Source: Eledone cirrhosa
Taxonomy: Eukaryota
Assembly: GCA_964016885.1 (NCBI GenBank)
Contig: OZ024741.1
Span: 122,512,001-122,576,000, forward strand
Direction of reading: 5' to 3'
Length of the DNA: 64,000 bases
Shown piece by piece: positions 13,721-27,067 of the stretch (positions are counted from its first letter, which is position 1; each line of letters starts with the position of its first letter). The position numbers and the translations under genes are program-made. Under the pieces are notes generated by a model. The model was not told where the DNA came from. It searched no databases and worked only from the letters and a program-made list of their open reading frames with translations.

Positions 13721-15465
13721 ATGGCCGAAGCTTCTTCACCAAAATTCGAAGGAGGAAAGGGGAAGATAAACTTACAGCTTCCCCCTGCCACTGTCACAGT
13801 AGCAGAGGTCAAGAAGAAAGGTCAGCCAGAGGAAGAATTCTCTCCACCTGTTAACCGACAACTTGACGTTGCCATGGCAACAACCCAAAGAACCAGCAGC
13901 AACAGCAACAACAACAACAATGCGACGGACGAAAACAACACCAATAACAATAACAACAACAACAAGACCAATAACGGTGACAACAACAACAATGATAACA
14001 ACAACACCACCAACGACAACAACAACACAAACAAACAAAATTTCTCCTTCGCCGAGACGACAAGGAAAACCCTCGACTATCTGCCAGTAGATATAACCAA
14101 AGCGAAGGAGCTACTGGCAGATGCGAAAAAATATATAGTGTACGGAGAAAATGGTTCATTCACAATCCATTCCCCCCCGGAACTAAAAAGCCAGAGACTC
14201 CTATACACGGTCATGTTTAGGACAATCTCGAACAAAAGTAAAAAACAGCTCAACCATCACAGAGTGAGATAGAGCTGGTTTTAAAAGACGTCATGAAGGA
14301 CATCACCTTCATTCAGAAGGATAGACTCTACGGGAGTCTATCCATTCTCATGAAGGACAGGGACACAGCAGTGAAACTGTCCATCAAACCAATCACATCC
14401 ACCGCATACACCTTCTACCCTACGTACATGGGTAGAAGAACACAAAAAATAAAAATCCACACCATCCTGCCGATTATGGACATATGGTAGGTTTTGACAG
14501 GTTTTCTGGACCTGGAGGATGACATGCTGGTGTCCATGGGAAAGGCATCGGGTGACGCGTTCAGTGGAACGAGCCTCGAAATTGTAGTTCAAATGAGGCC
14601 CGAAAGGATCGCCCAGATCCCTGAACGCGTCATACTGGATGATCTAACCTTCATCAACATTACCGTTGAGGGTAGACGGCCCTCGTGTTACCTCTGCGGA
14701 ACCAGAGGTCACCTGAGGGCTGTCTGTCCCCAACTTAATAAGAAAACCCCAATCCTGCCTACACCACCAACAATTACACAACCAACACAATCACCACAAC
14801 TACCACTACAAAAACAACCACCACAGCTCAAACCAAAACAAAACAATGTCCAACCCATCCCCTCCACTCAAAAAACAAAAACAATTTCCAAAACACCCGT
14901 ACCGCAAACACAACCCGAAAATATACCCCTCCCCTCCAACGCGGAAGATGACCCTAGTTCGTCGTCAGACGAGGAGGAGCACTTCCACACAATCAAAAGA
15001 AAAAAAAGAAAACACACCTCAGACACACAAATGAAAACAACCCCTCCCCAAAACATAACACTGACACCAACACAAAAGAGCTCACAACAACAGCAAACAA
15101 AAAACACCACACCAACACAAGAAACAAAAAACTGTTAAATATTGTGTACAACAACAATCTAATAAAAACACAAGGGCCTAACTTCACCCAGGCAGGGGAT
15201 TTCCCCCACCTCAAAATGATTAAGGCCCCACAGGACACCTATAAAACTTTAAAAAACAATTTTAAAGAGGACGTGGGTCCCCCCTGCGTCGGGCCCATTA
15301 ACCGCGTCCTCCTAAAAAACTATCCCACCCCACCCCAAACACCCACACAACTCCACACAACACACTGATGCCCCTACACTTCCACAAACCACCACCCCAC
15401 CCAACAACCCATCCCCCACCCTAATGGAAATTGTGCAGCCCGATACCCGGGACGCAGAGAGGTAA
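13721..15465 (+). pseudogene. Tx1 ORF1 (gag-like), disrupted
   Basis: Fragments 13721-14272, 14293-14490, 14494-15138; CYLCGTRGHLRAVC zinc knuckle; Asn-rich and Pro/Thr-rich tracts; frameshift and stops. Confidence 0.8.
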
Positions 15466-15489
15466 GTGCCTTTTCTCTTCACCACCAAC

Positions 15490-18400
15490 ATGGCTATGCT
15501 AAGAGTAGGCTGTTTAAATGCACGTGGCCTGGGCTCAACTTGGAAGCAAGCAATGCTTCTAAATGACCTCAGGTCACAATGTATAGATGTGATGGTTATT
15601 TGTGAGGCCCGGATCAGCAACGTGCGACAGCTGGCCCCCGCCTTTGATGACTTTGAGATGCACGCATCTCTCTGTCAGCCCGGAGGTGGGGGTGGAGTTG
15701 TCGTTCTGCTGAAAAAACATCTGGGTCTCGCAACACAGATGGTACATTTGGACCCGGAGGGTCGACTAGTGGTTCTGGACCTTGGCAGTGGTAAAGGCGG
15801 AGCGTTTAGGTTGGTAGCCGCCTACGGCTCTTTCGGGTCAATGCGGCCGGACTTCTTCCATCGTCTGGAGACTTTTCTAGGGACGTCCCGCTCCTTGCTA
15901 TTAGTGGGGGACTGGAATGGTATCCTAGATGCACGCTGTGACTACGTAGGGGCCTGTCCCGATAGAGAGGGGTGTAATAGCCTAAAAGGGTTAATCGGTC
16001 GATTTGACCTGGCCGATAGATATCGACTAGATTTTCCGACTGCGCCAACCTGGACTTGGGCAAATCGTAGCGGAACATCTAGGTCGTACCTAGATAGGTT
16101 CTTAGTTAGAATTAAGGATAAGGACTTTTTAAGTTGTCCAAAAATGCGCATGGTTGGCTACTCAGACCACAAATTAGTGACCTGCATGGTCAACCTTGAC
16201 AGAACTCATAGACAGGGACCCGGTTACTGGAAGCTCAACTTGTCCTTACCGGCAAGTAAGGCTTACAGGAACCGGATTAGCACTTTAGTTAAGGAGCGGT
16301 TGACGGGCGCCATCGTCAACAGCAGGTGGTGGGGATCTCTCAAAAGAGAGATTAGAGTAGTCTCTATAGAATTTAGTAAGGAGTTAGCCTCCAATAGAAA
16401 TAGGAAGGAAAGGGAGTTGGTAGATAGTGTAGAAGAGGCAATTAGAAGCGGCGACGTGGCCAGAGTGCTAGCGTCGAGAACGGCCCTGGGCCAGTTCTTC
16501 GACGCGAAACACGAAGGCTGCATCGTCCGAAGCAAAATACGTGCTCTGGGAAACGAGGGGACCAAAGCTGTTAGCTGGGCCCGCGTGACAGAAGCCAAAA
16601 GAGGGAGCAGATCCACTATCAGGTCTTTGCGAGACCAGGATGGACGGGTGATCCTTGAACCTAAGCAGATGTGCGAGGCTTTTCAAAAGCACTTTGCCGA
16701 ATTGTTCGGAAGGGGCGGGGGGCCGGTTGGGGACGTGGACTTTGGTCCATACCTCGACGGCCTGCCGCGTCTCTCGGACAGGGAGGCGAAGTCCTGCGAG
16801 GAGCCGATTTCAACCGCTGAGATAGAGGACGTGCTGAGCCAATGCGGCAAACGCAAATCCCCGGGTCTCGATGGTCTTCCATACGAACTATATCTAGCTA
16901 TGCCGGACTTGTTCCCCGAACTCCTCGAGGCGGTCTACTGCAACTGGCGACAGAACGGGAGAATTCCCTGTGCTGTGACCAAGGGCGTAGTCACGCTAGT
17001 GAGGAAGGACGAGAACAAGGGGGACGATATAAATAATTTCAGGCCCATAACTCTGCTAAATACAGAGTTACAGATTTTGGCCAAGGTGCTAGCAAAGAGG
17101 TTGGCGCTTGTCGTGGGCAACCTGGTGGGAGATGCGCAGACATGTGCTATCCCGTCCAGGTCCATCCACGATAACCTCCACCTCATGCGATACATCATAG
17201 AGAGGGTTGGGAACGAACCCGGCTTTGGTGGGGCCCTGATCAACTTGGATCAATCTAAGGCATTCGATAGGGTCGACCATGGTTACCTGGATGCGGTGCT
17301 AGCGGCGGAAGGTTTCGGACCCGTTTTCAGGGGCTGGATCAATGCCATGCACAGCAGCCGCATCTGCTCTAGGGTCAAGGTGAACGGCTACCTTTCGGAG
17401 CCGTTCGAAATCGCGCGGTCCATCCGACAGGGGTGCCCTCTCTCCTCCCTTCTGTATGTAGTGATTCTAGAGCCACTGCTGCGGAAGTTGGAGTTGTTGC
17501 AGGGCATCCCGTTGGAACCGGGATTGCGGAAAGCGGTGTCAGCCTACGCCGATGACGTAACAGTAATGGTGTCGACGGCCTCGGAAATCGGGGCGATCGG
17601 CACCTTACTGGAGGAGTACGAAAGGTTTACAGGGGCTAAGCTGAACCGGGACAAGTCGATCGGTCGGCAACTCGGCACGTGGAGGGGCAGATCGATGCCC
17701 TCCGATGGCGTCGTCGGGCGCTGGACGGAGGGCCCGGTGAAATTGCTCGGGGTCTGGTTCGGACCAGACCTCCAGGTGGAGAAGAACTGGGGTGAGGTGA
17801 CGAGCAGGGTGTTTGCACTGACCCAGAAGTGGGCCGAGTGCAAACTGTCCCTGAAAGGTCGGGCGGAGGTGGCAAACACTTATATAGCGTCCGTCATCTA
17901 CTACCGCCTGACCGTGGTGCCTTGCCCAAGGGAAACGCTCGCCAAAATGGAGCGCGCACTCTTCCAATTCCTTTGGAAGAAGCGGGCTCCTATGGTGAGG
18001 AGATCCATCTGCTGTCAACACCCTTCGAAAGGAGGGCTGGGGATGCCGTCGCTGATGATACGTAAACACGCATTAAGGCTACGGCACCTTCAGGTATTCC
18101 TCTCCGGTCAACCGGTGTGGGCCCCGTTTGTGAGGCGAGCCTTTCCCAGACTCGTCCCACTCACCGAGCTGCAATCCTGGGTCAAGCAAAGACCGAGAAA
18201 ACTGGGCGCCTGGCACACCGAGTGTGCCCAGGCGCTCACGGCTCTCTGGTAGGCGGACCCGGCTGTCAGTGGAGAATCCACCTCGTCATTCTATAGAGGG
18301 CTGGTGGTTAGCAGGTGCGACGACGCCCTCGGAGAAGCCCTAGGCATGGAGGAAGACGAACTGGCCAACCTGTTCGGTAGGACATTCAGCCCGGGACCCA

Positions 18401-18927
18401 TGGACAACTTCCAGAGGTCCCTGGCCTGGCAATGCTACAGAAGGGCTCTGCCCGTTCGAGAAAGGCTCTACAGACACGGGCGCCCGGGTAGGGACCCATC
18501 GAAAAAGGTCTGTCCCAGATGCGTGTGCGACGAGGAAACCGTTGCACACGCATTGGTACACTGCTCGGGCATTGCCGATCTGTGGGGCTATGTCGAACAA
18601 CTGCTGTCAAGGGTGGGACCGATCCGGTTGACCACCGAGTCTATTGTAACGATCAAGCCGCCTCCCCTCTTCAAAAACGAAGGAGAGGCGGTGTTTCTGT
18701 GCGTAATAGCCATGGCGAAAGAGGTTGTATCGTGGACGCGTCTGAAAGGACTGAGGTCAGACACCTTTCTCTCTGGCCAACAACTGGTCCGTTTCTTCCG
18801 ATATCATTTCCGAAGAAGGATCAGGATGGAGAGAGAGGTGCTGCACCCCAGCCGTTTCTATGAAAGATGGGTGAAAGTGGCGAGAATGGCCCGTGTGAAT
18901 GGCCCTTCACTCTACATCAGACTATAG
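15490..18927 (+). pseudogene. Tx1 ORF2: apurinic endonuclease + reverse transcriptase + C-terminal zinc finger, one in-frame TAG at 18250
   Basis: CLNARGL, GDWN, YLDRF, SDH (APE); SPGLDG, FRPITLLN, DQSKAFD, RQGCPLS, YADD (RT); CPRC..ETVAHALVHC; 18304-18927 is in the same frame. Confidence 0.92.
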
Positions 18928-19540
18928 GTGAGGAAGATGAAAGACCAAGGGAGCACCCCTTCTCTGTGCTCCTGAGGAGAAGGGTTGCACACTTTTTTCG
19001 GGGGTGTGTGCGACCCCCCAAGGCGCCTCCTCTCTATTGAGGACTTTGTTATAAATTTTATTTTTTGTTATATTTTATTTTATTTTTATATATTGTTATT
19101 GCCTCCTCCTTATTGAGGACGCCTTGTTTTGTAAACTCCCCCCATTGTACTTGTCCCACTTTTGATGCCCTGGTGGCAAATAAAAGAAACATATCTATCT
19201 ATCTATCTAACTTATCCATCTATTATCTATCTTTATCACTTTATCATATCACACACACACATACACATGCACATACACACAGGCACACACACACACCCGT
19301 ACACCCACGCACACATTTATATACATATACATATATATTCATTTATACCTCTGTTTATTCTACCTGAGTTCTTTTTATTTTATATTCTCCTACTATCTAC
19401 GTTTCTCTGTCTCCAGTCCTCCACCTCTACCTCTAATACTATATTTTCCAATCTCTTGTGGGTCCTTTCCCCTCTCAGCTTGACTACTTCACGCTGTCAG
19501 TAGTTCTACGCTGTATATATTATAAAATAGGTGTTCATTA

Positions 19541-19712
19541 TTCGGTAGAGAGTCGTACGACATGCTCTGCAGTGTAGAGTTAGGGCCCTTTGCGGTCTGA
19601 GTTCAAATCCCACCAAGGTTAACTGTGCCTTTCATCCTTACGGGGTCGATAAAATAAAGTACCAGTAATACACTGAGATAATTGCTGGCCTTGTGTTAAA
19701 AGTAGAAACAAT
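19541..19712 (+). mobile_element. SINE family A, 5'-truncated
   Basis: gagttcaaatccc..gcctttcatccttacggggtcgataaaataaagtacc..gtagaaacaattatt. Confidence 0.85.
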
Positions 19713-19987
19713 TATTAGTTTATATATACCAGGGCACATATATGTTCTAATATATATTATATACATATTTTAAACTGCATTTGAAGATAATATATGCTAC
19801 GTGTTGTTTTTAATTTAATTAGTCTGCACACACACACACACACTTACACACACACACACACACGCAACAGACATACAAGCACACACACACACACACGCAC
19901 ACATACACATATATAGATAAGAATGTACGTATGTATGGGTGTGGTTGTGAGTGGGTGTATATGTATGTACGAGTGTGTATATATATA

Positions 19988-20027
<40 letters not shown>

Positions 20028-20264
20028 TACATTGTTCATTATGTATAATGAATAAATATTCATTTCTAAAGTGGATATAGCGAATAAGGGATATTTCTAT
20101 TCGAGTGATGAATTTCCTTTTACACCGGATATTGTCGTATTGCCGACATCCATATTAGAGATGGGAAATATATTAACTGTGTGAACTGGCATTATAGCTG
20201 CCTGGGTGAACTGACATTATTAACTACCGCGTAGACGGAATAACTTAGACGAGAATCGACGACT

Positions 20265-22166
20265 ATGAAAATCTTTCTGTTAACGTTCTTTATATTAGAA
20301 ATTTTTACCTTGATATTAGCTGAAGACAAATGTGGCCAACATGAATGTGACAACCAAACGTTCAACCAAAGCTATCATTTTTATTTACAAGGCTGTTTCT
20401 GTGACTCTCGCTGTGTTGTTTACGGTGACTGCTGTGCCAAATACCAGCCTACAGATATATCAACAGCCAGCACTAACTATGGCCAAGCTAAATGTGTCAA
20501 AATCGCTGGACAAAATCGTTCGTTAATGATGATAACTTCCTGCAGCAGAGATTATCAACATGCTTCTGAAATAAGTCAAAACTGTGATATAGATACTGGT
20601 CATCCAGCTTCAGGCGTTCCCGTCACGGGTATCGAAACGAAGATAGTCTACAAGAATATGTTTTGTGCTGTTTGTAACGGCGAAAGTAACTATACGTTTT
20701 GGAATGTACGCATAGAATGTTCGGAGAAAATTGACCTAAGGAATCTTAGTAAGACGTTTGGTTCCCAGATGAATGGATGCCTTAAACAAATGGATAACTT
20801 AGACGCTTCGTACGAACATAAATGTAGCGGAAGTATAATATCAAATTGTTCGCAGGATACAAGAGATGAACAGACTGTGAGAAATTGCTTGGATGGTCAT
20901 TATGGAGTTGTTTACGATACTAAAGGGAACATGTATAGGAATATATATTGTTTCAATTGCCATATTAACAAATCCGAAGATTTACGCTGTCAATCAACAG
21001 ATGAGCCCATGAAACCGTACAGACAGGATTTGTCATTTGTTGTGTTGATTAATTTCAACCGACACAGAATTCAAAGCACAGGACACAAATTAGTGCTGTT
21101 GGATCCTTGTAAAGATGGCTACACCTATAATGATGGACACTGTCACCAAGAATTACAGAAAGTAAAGACACAGAACTGTGATCAAGTAGAACTCAAAAGT
21201 CACGAATATATCTTCTTAGCAAATGGAACGCTTTACCACAACTCAACACAAACGTTTCACGGCAAAGAATATTATTCTCTAGGCAACAGAAGCCATGTTA
21301 ATGTGTATATCTGCAAAAATCGGATTTATATGACTGGTTCCAAAATTGAAGCACATCTCACTTACGTATGTTCTATAATTTCAATGATTGCTTTAGCGAT
21401 TCTAATTGCTAAGTTTTTGTATTTTCGTAATATACTTAAACTGTCTGGTTTCATATATGTTTCGTTTGCTGTCGCCTTGTTTCTGGCGCAACTTCTCTTT
21501 TTACTAACACCCCAATTTTCCAATAATGGATTTTCATCCTGCCATTCTGTGGCAGTGGCGATGCACTACACATTTCTTGCATCGTTCTTTTGGTTAAACT
21601 CGATTACCATTAATATATGGTTATCAGTTTGTTGGACACCATGTCAAACGAAGAAATCATCAGAAAAATGTTCTTTTATTTCATATTCAGTTTATTCATG
21701 GCTAGCACCAATGATCTTGGTTCTTCCAGCTATTCTGATCGACAAATATCGACCAAATTCGATATTCGCACCCAGCTATGGAATAAATGAACTATGTTGG
21801 ATAAACAACGGTTGGAGTATTATGCTTTTCTTTGCAGGACCACTTGCTTTTATAATTCTTGTAAACATCATACTTTATATACAAACTGCTGTGACAATAT
21901 ACAAACTTCGTAAATTCACTCAACAACATTCAGATAGAAACGACTCTGTAGCGATATTTATCAACTTGAAACTCTGTTTATTAACTGGAATTACTTGGAT
22001 TATTGGCTACATTGCAGTTGTCACACGTTCTTACTCTGTAAGAATTGCTTTTATATTCTTGAATTCCTCTTTCGGTCTTTGGGTGGCAATATCTTTCTTA
22101 CTTACACGAAACATATTCTCTAAGTTGAGGCAGAAAATAAAAACTATAACTGAAACTGCTGAATAA
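20265..22166 (+). CDS. Intronless family-B (Methuselah-like/adhesion-related) GPCR, 633 aa
   Basis: Signal peptide; SMB-like CFCDSRCVVYGDCC; two Y(K/R)NxxCxxC motifs; 7 hydrophobic helices with LFLAQ, HYTFLASFFW, SWLAP, YG..CWI, GITW motifs. Confidence 0.9.
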   Translation: MKIFLLTFFILEIFTLILAEDKCGQHECDNQTFNQSYHFYLQGCFCDSRCVVYGDCCAKYQPTDISTASTNYGQAKCVKIAGQNRSLMMITSCSRDYQHASEISQNCDIDTGHPASGVPVTGIETKIVYKNMFCAVCNGESNYTFWNVRIECSEKIDLRNLSKTFGSQMNGCLKQMDNLDASYEHKCSGSIISNCSQDTRDEQTVRNCLDGHYGVVYDTKGNMYRNIYCFNCHINKSEDLRCQSTDEPMKPYRQDLSFVVLINFNRHRIQSTGHKLVLLDPCKDGYTYNDGHCHQELQKVKTQNCDQVELKSHEYIFLANGTLYHNSTQTFHGKEYYSLGNRSHVNVYICKNRIYMTGSKIEAHLTYVCSIISMIALAILIAKFLYFRNILKLSGFIYVSFAVALFLAQLLFLLTPQFSNNGFSSCHSVAVAMHYTFLASFFWLNSITINIWLSVCWTPCQTKKSSEKCSFISYSVYSWLAPMILVLPAILIDKYRPNSIFAPSYGINELCWINNGWSIMLFFAGPLAFIILVNIILYIQTAVTIYKLRKFTQQHSDRNDSVAIFINLKLCLLTGITWIIGYIAVVTRSYSVRIAFIFLNSSFGLWVAISFLLTRNIFSKLRQKIKTITETAE

Positions 22167-23250
22167 TATATTCGATCACAAATTCAACATATGTAAATAT
22201 ACCATCTTATCGGACTGTATATAAATTTGTAAATACATATTTTCACCCAAATGCTTTAATTATAAAACGTGTCTTGTTTTGTTTAATGTTACCGTTAAAA
22301 AAAAAATATATATATATATATAAGTACCTGTATATGTTACTGTTGGAACTAATTTTATATATATATCTATATATATATATATAGATATAGATAGGTAAAT
22401 ATACACGGGTGTGTATGATTGTGTATTGAATATTATATTAATAAGAGGAATTCCAACTTTGTCTGATTTACTCGTTTTATTTACAATCCTTTAAAATATA
22501 TATAATGGTATTATAATGAAATAGTATGATAGAATATTAAATTCTAAGTGTTAATTGAACAAGTACTTTCATGCTTTCGCAATCTTCAGGTTCATGATAT
22601 GTGGTGACAGTCGAGTTTGCAATTTTCAATGTATGTATGTATGTATGTATGTATGTATGTATGTATGTATGTATGTATGTATGTATGTATGTATGTACAT
22701 ACACATATATATAAATATATATATGGGTGTGTGTGTGTGTGTGTGTGAGTGTATGTATGTGTATATATGATAATTGTAAAGGTGTTTTTCTCAATTGGTA
22801 GGGAAATATATTTGGTATGTTATTCCGTAAATACAAAGATATAATTTCACGGCACATTACGTTTGATTAATGCGAAACATTCACACACACACAAACAAAT
22901 GTATGTATGTATGTATGTATGTATGTATGTATGTATGTATGTATGTATGTATGTATGTATGTATGTATGTATGTATGTATGTATGTATGTAGGTATGTAT
23001 GTAGGAGATGTATGTATGTTCTTCTGGATTAATAATTTCACAAATGTTTGCCAATAGAGAGAGAGAGTCAGTTCCTAACATAAACACAAGACTATCTCAT
23101 TGGAATTTACACAACATCAACTAGGTAGATATGTATGCACATGTGTGCAGGTATGGATGTTATTGTATGTGTGGATGTGCATCTTTTGAATTTTATCTGT
23201 GCATGTGCTTATACTTTGTATCTGTACATGTGTATATGCAGTTATTAGAT

Positions 23251-23520
23251 TCAAAGTTTTTGGAATGTTTTACCTATTTTTACTGTTCCATTAATGGATT
23301 GTACTTGTAATTTCCTAACTAGTTGTGTTCTTTCTGTTCCTGTGAAACCTAGCTTTTCAAGATTTGTATTGAGGCAGTTACTAACATATCCAAGTGCCCC
23401 AATAATCACAGGCATAAACCTGAAGGTATAATTAGGGTGGAGTATCTGCATAAATATTCTTCTTTTCACTAATCTTTGATATTATATTGGCATCTGCTGG
23501 ATAGCTAATCTCTACTACTG
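23251..23520 (-). mobile_element. Small 3' fragment of RLE-type (Dong/R4-like) LINE
   Basis: MPVIIGALG..KLQ..GTVKI matches the C-terminus VPIVIGALG..LQ..GTART of 32892-33668. Confidence 0.65.
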
Positions 23521-23891
23521 TGCATGCCTTCTTTTCCCTGTCCCATATCATTATATCTGGTCTGTTATGCCTGCATTTTATTGGAGGTTCTACTGGAACA
23601 TTCTACCAGTACTCTTTCATATTATGTATATGTATGTCTTCCACATTGCTGTAGATTTAATGTGTTTATTATCGGGGCTATCTTTTCTACGGATTGCATT
23701 GAACAGTGTTTTGGTCACTACATCATGCCTCATAGGTAGATAGTACCGCAATGACATCTTTGGACAGTTGCTTATGACATGGGTAAGTATGTATGTATAT
23801 ATGTACGTACGTACGTACGTATGTATGTATGTATGTATGTATGTATGTATGTATGTATGTATGTATGTATGTATGTATGTATGTATGTATG

Positions 23892-24298
23892 AGAGATGAC
23901 CCCTTAGCCTTTGTCAAGGCAGAATTCTAGGAGAAGGAAAACTCTGATATAACACCTGCAACCCTGATGGTATCCAATGATGTTGACTTGTTCTTCTTTT
24001 TGGTAAATATCATCTTGGTTAAGAGAGTGGGACTGGCTTTGTGCAGTGCCTTTGCTCACTATAAAAGCTTCACGGCAAAGGCATTGCTTTATATCTGGAG
24101 ATCTCTCTGCACTTGTCGTCACATGGTACCATGGGCCCAGCACTATGTGTCAGTAATTGTCACAAGTGTAGTGTTTGTACCAGAGTTTTCAAGTCGCTGG
24201 CTGGACTAAAAAGTCACACTCGTTCAGCGGATCGGTAGGAGTTCTCCTACATGGATATAATGTAGTGGCCGTACTCGAAAACTAGTTGGCAGCCACCA
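23892..24298 (+). mobile_element. Short non-autonomous RTE-derived element flanked by (TATG)n
   Basis: Near-identical to 51875-52280; ctaggagaaggaaaactctga RTE-like 5' motif; encodes HKCSVCTRVFKSLAGLKSH zinc-finger remnant. Confidence 0.7.
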
Positions 24299-24727
24299 TG
24301 TATGTATGTATGTATGTATGTATGTATGTATGTATGTATGTATGTATGTATGTATGTATGTATGTATGTATGTATGTATGTATGAGTACTTTGCTAGCAG
24401 AAATTGTATCAGATAATATAGTATAGAGATAATAACATATTGGACATTCATTAGGAATTTCCAGGATACGTCTTTCTACGATATGACTGTATAAGTAATT
24501 TTACTTTGTTAAAATAGCCTATGTTTACGTAACATGTAGCTATAAACACCGTTCATACACAATGTCACAAGGTTTATTTTATACTATCTACAGGTACTTC
24601 GGATATCGATTTCAGATTAACTAATATTGGGACGCATACACACGCGCCCCCCGCCCTCCCGTCTCTCTCTTACATACAAACAAACACACACACACAGATA
24701 TACACTAACCTATATATAATAAAAAGA

Positions 24728-25390
24728 ATGTTTTCTAATTTAGGTATAAGGCCAACAAATTTTTGGGAAGGGGAAAATCGATTAAATCGACCCCAGTGCG
24801 TTATTGGTACTTTATTTTATCGATTCTGTAACGATGCAAAGCTAACCTCGGCAGGATTTGAAATCAGAACGTAAAGGGAGGTATCTCTATACCACAAAGC
24901 ATATTGTCCAACGCTCTATAGACACTGTCAATCCACCGCCCTTATGAAACTGTTCAAGGCCAGCAATTTGTGGAGAAGTGTAGTTCGATTATATCAACCC
25001 CAGTTCTTTAAAGTTCTTTATTTTATTAACCTCGGCGTTATTTGATCTACCAACGTTACGAGCCGGAACATATTCTGAGAAATATTTATCCGACCCTCTA
25101 ATGTCTGAAAGGGGCTGGGGAGCAATAAGTAGATTATTTCGACACTAGTGCTTGACTAATACTTTAGTCAATCGAGAGTGTGGAGGGCCAACTTCACCTC
25201 GTTAGGATTTGAACTCAGGATGTAAAAAGCTAGTATAAATATCGCAATATATTTTTACGACGCTGTCACCATGCTGCCAATCTACAATACTTCGTTTCTA
25301 ATCTAAGCAAAAGGCCAGCAATTAGGGAGGCGGTTCGTGTAAAATGATCTTTCTACTTGACTTGTATTTTATATATGAATCCCGAAGTTA
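24728..25390 (-). mobile_element. Cluster of four older SINE family A copies
   Basis: Repeated aaggccagcaat..tcgaccccag..tactttattttatcga..ggatttgaactcag..caatccaccgcc with high divergence. Confidence 0.75.
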
Positions 25391-25697
25391 TGCATATGTG
25401 AACTTAGCATAAATATGAAATATATATAATTTAAAATATGAGCAGACGTTAAAACACCCAAAAAACATCTATGAGATGCAACCTATTTTTTAAGGGTTGT
25501 AATTGTTCTTTTCATTCTTAAAATTATTTAAAATAAAAGTCATTGTTTTATTTGTGACGAATATAACCTTTTCTTTTTAAAGTAAATTGTATTTAACGAT
25601 TCAAGGGAAATTATTCAGGTAGGTATATTACTATTATCTCCCTTTTCCTGATATTACTTTATGTGTAACTGGCATGTGCATGATATCAAGAGGATGT

Positions 25698-25738
25698 AGA
25701 AGAAGAAGAAGAAGAAGAAGAAGAAGAAGAAGAAGAAG

Positions 25739-25768
<30 letters not shown>
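25698..25768. repeat. (GAA)n microsatellite
   Basis: Pure GAA run; another at 55695-55782. Confidence 0.95.
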
Positions 25769-25769
<1 letters not shown>

Positions 25770-27026
25770 TAAATAATATAATTTTGTAAATATTACTCCA
25801 CAGCTATCCAAAAACCAATATATGCACACTCCCATTTTCAAATAAAAATTATGAATGAAATCAATTCTTTCTTTCGTTAACATTAAAAAATAGATTTTAG
25901 GGATATAACATTAAATTGCATTAAAAAATGGTATAAAGAACAATTACAATCCATGTATTTCTATCAACAATGTATTTGTGATGTCTTTCTTAAAGTATTA
26001 TAATGTGGGTTCGAATCCTGAACGAAGTGGTTTCGTAGAGAACTTCTTAAACTCACAGCCATACTTGGTAAATCTGTTTAACTTGTACAACTTGCTACTT
26101 ATCTTTTTTGTAGGTTCCACGGAGAAACAAATTAAACTAAATAGTTTCTACCATTTAGTCAACTAGTTACTTTGTAACATTTCATTACTGCCCCACCAAA
26201 ATATTAGTTAATTCCCAGCAACGACTGGCCCTTTACAAAGCTCGGGTGAGCCTAACTATATAATAGTACTCCCACATCTAGGATGGTGCTGCTGTTGTTC
26301 ACAGAGATATATATTTTGGAGCGCATTCAGGCAAACGCCAGGTAGTTAATTGATATAAAGTCCTCCTCAGAGATACACCAGCTTCTAGCTTAGAGACCTG
26401 TAACCTCATCTCTGCCTTTTCTACCGCTACTAAAATAACATCTGCCTCACTTGCACACACACACACACACACACAACTAAAAAAAAGTAGTCTCATTCAT
26501 CTTTCCTCTCATCAATCATGATATGTCCAAGCAGTGAGGTTTCGCTCTAACCATTACGTCAATACCTTTCTATCAAGAACATAGGCCATCTAGAATTCAC
26601 CATCAGTCTATAACTTTCATAAAGTCCTTAAATTTTAAATAATAAAAATAATAAACTTGCAAATAATAATTCCAAAATTCACATATACACACACACAAAG
26701 ACGTTCCCTCGTGAAACGTGCATAGAAGCACTGTTTATACATATAGTAAATACGTATAGTTTATAAAATAGTCACAAACAGCCTAATGTTATGTATTTGT
26801 GACCTCTTCAACGGCTATTTGTTTATCTTCTCTGTGCCTCCTGTTCATTCTGGTTTAAGTGCGTTTGTTTTTATAGTCAAAATTGGTAACATGACCATCC
26901 CCAAATATAACAATATCCGTTTCAAAACACAATTTCACATCAAGAATCTTCCAAAGCAAATACATACATACAATCATACACACATGCACATACACACACA
27001 CATGCACGCACAGACAATATGCACAC

Positions 27027-27064
<38 letters not shown>

Positions 27065-27067
<3 letters not shown>

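Larger units (their letters stand above)
13504..19235 (+). mobile_element. Near full-length Tx1-clade (L1 group) non-LTR retrotransposon
   Basis: ORF1 with CCHC knuckle, ORF2 APE-RT-CCHC, 3' UTR with AATAAA then (TATC)n; GC-rich relative to flanks. Confidence 0.92.

Noticed and set aside
18250-18252. Programmed readthrough or selenocysteine in LINE/PLE ORFs
   Set aside because: The stop is TAG, not TGA; ORF1 and the PLE ORFs have further frameshifts, so ordinary decay is simpler
15806-18863. Antisense and alternative-frame ORFs within the Tx1 ORF2
   Set aside because: Expected shadows of GC-rich coding sequence with no recognisable motifs
13007-19235. Direct repeats flanking the LINE read as LTRs
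   Set aside because: The repeat is the ORF2 C-terminus plus 3' UTR, clearly diverged between copies; no TG..CA ends, PBS or integrase
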